Positions 62,750-64,000 of a stretch of 64,000 nucleotides of DNA are shown here, one piece after another. Numbering within the stretch: position 1 is the first letter of the stretch; each line of letters opens with the position of its first letter. The notes under the pieces are model-generated. The model was not told the origin of the DNA and ran no database searches. It saw nothing but the letters and a program-made list of their open reading frames with translations. Origin of the DNA: Squalus acanthias (lineage: Eukaryota); contig CM059432.1 of the NCBI GenBank assembly GCA_030390025.1, forward strand, positions 139,626,001 through 139,690,000, in the 5' to 3' direction. The translations under genes and the position numbers were made by a program.

Positions 62750-63375
62750 AGGATCAGGAGGAGGCCATTCAGCCCCTCGAGCCTGTTCCGGCATTCAGTT
62801 AGATCATGGCTGATCTGTATCTTAACTCCATCTACCCGCCTTCAATATCCTTGCCTGACAAAAATCTATCAATCTCAGTTTTGAAATTTTCAATTGACCC
62901 CCAGCCTCAACAGCTTTTTGGGCGCGAGAGAGTTCCAGATTTCCACTGCCCTTTGTGTGAAGAAGTGCTTCCTGACATCACCCCGGAATGGCCTCGCTCT
63001 AATTTTAAGGTTATGCTTCCTTGTTCTGGACTCCCCCAGCAGAAGAAACAGTTTCTGTCTACCCTATCCAATCCTTTAACCATCTTAAACACCTCAATTA
63101 GATCACCCCTTAATCTTCTATACTCAAGAGAATACCAGTCTAGTCTATGCAGCCTGTCCTCGTAATTTAACCCTCTAAGCTCCGGCATATGGAACCCTGC
63201 TGTGCCTTAGAGCAAGGTAAACTGCTCATTATTTTAGGTCACTATAATCAGAGGATGGGGGAGTCCAGAACAAGGGGGCATAACCTTAAAATTAGAGCTA
63301 GGTCATTCAGGGGGATGTCAGGAACCACGTCTTCACACAAAGGGCAGTGGAATTCTGGAAATCTCCCCCAAAACC
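62750..63375. mobile_element. CR1 3' fragment (-, 62750-63190) plus an inverted piece (+, 63255-63375)
   Basis: LDWYSLEYRRLRGDLIEVFK; same subfamily as 16088-16350 and 31262-31640. Confidence 0.8.
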
Positions 63376-63664
63376 CTGTCTTAAGCAAGTATTCTTGCAT
63401 GTCCATCATATCCTTAAAAAAAAAACTGTGAATAAATTTAATTTGGATGAATTCCTGAGGATGCATCTACACTACAACTGTAGCATCAATGCAAAATAGT
63501 TTCACTTTGCATCAATGCTGCAGTTAGAGCATCAATGCAGCCTGAATGCAGAGACAGGGTCCAACCTGAGTTGGAGTAGCAAGTTTAACTGGAGGACGGA
63601 GTCTCAAGCCATCTCAAAATCAGTTCAGGCAGTAACCCCTAAACACTACACAAGTTTAGCACAA

Positions 63665-63920
63665 AAGAAAAATACTGCAGCTGCTGGAAATCTGAAATAA
63701 AAACAGAAAATGCTGGAAATACGCAGCAGGTCAGGCAGCATCTGTGGAGAGAGAAAGAGAGTTAACGTTTCAGGTCCATGACCTTTTGTCAGAACTGGAA
63801 AAAGTTAAGGATGCAACAGGTTTTAAGCAAGTACGGAGGCTGGGAAAGAACAAAAGGGAAGGTCTGTGATAGGGTGGAAGGCAGGAGAGATAAAATGACA
63901 AAAGGGATGATGGTGCAAGT
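63665..63920 (-). mobile_element. PLE-derived fragment (family 2)
   Basis: Reverse complement aligns with 30320-30575. Confidence 0.6.
63760..63796 (-). ncRNA. Hammerhead motif (family 2), G8 to A, probably inactive
   Basis: AGTT-CTGACAA-A-AGGTC-atg-GACCT-GAAA-CG-TT-AACT. Confidence 0.55.
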
Positions 63921-64000
63921 TTAGCATCCATGTGAAGCTGAAATCATTTTTGCACCAACGCTATATTTGTAGTGGAAACGTGCTATGACGCTAGTATCTA

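Noticed and set aside
1..64000. Prokaryotic-type systems (operons, CRISPR, defence islands)
   Set aside because: The window is intron-rich vertebrate DNA; nothing of that kind is present.

Overview
Eukaryotic vertebrate genomic DNA, very probably from a cartilaginous fish (shark), judged from its repeats: CR1/HER1-type LINEs, L2, RTE, Deu-type, V-type and probable Meta-type tRNA SINEs, Penelope-derived fragments and small DNA transposons. Three spliced genes can be reconstructed with GT-AG boundaries and consistent exon phases: the last three coding exons of C8orf76 (+, 1048-14431), a complete four-exon FAM83A (-, 34776-24916, 432 aa) and the last eight coding exons of TBC1D31 (-, 62626-49074). 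Their order and relative orientation match human 8q24.13. Most ORFs in the supplied track are retrotransposon fragments or their antisense. Best signals: (i) two families of minimal type I hammerhead ribozyme motifs in Penelope-derived repeats, one intact copy sense within FAM83A intron 2, with an inverted pair bracketing the symmetric exon 2; (ii) a TSD-flanked ~170-bp palindrome built on the hammerhead; (iii) a possible frameshifted C-terminal extension of FAM83A; (iv) an RTE insertion with a 36-bp target duplication in a three-layer nest. I see no evidence of a wholly new multi-gene system. Gene and repeat names come from recalled sequences, not database searches; repeat boundaries are approximate unless a TSD is given.
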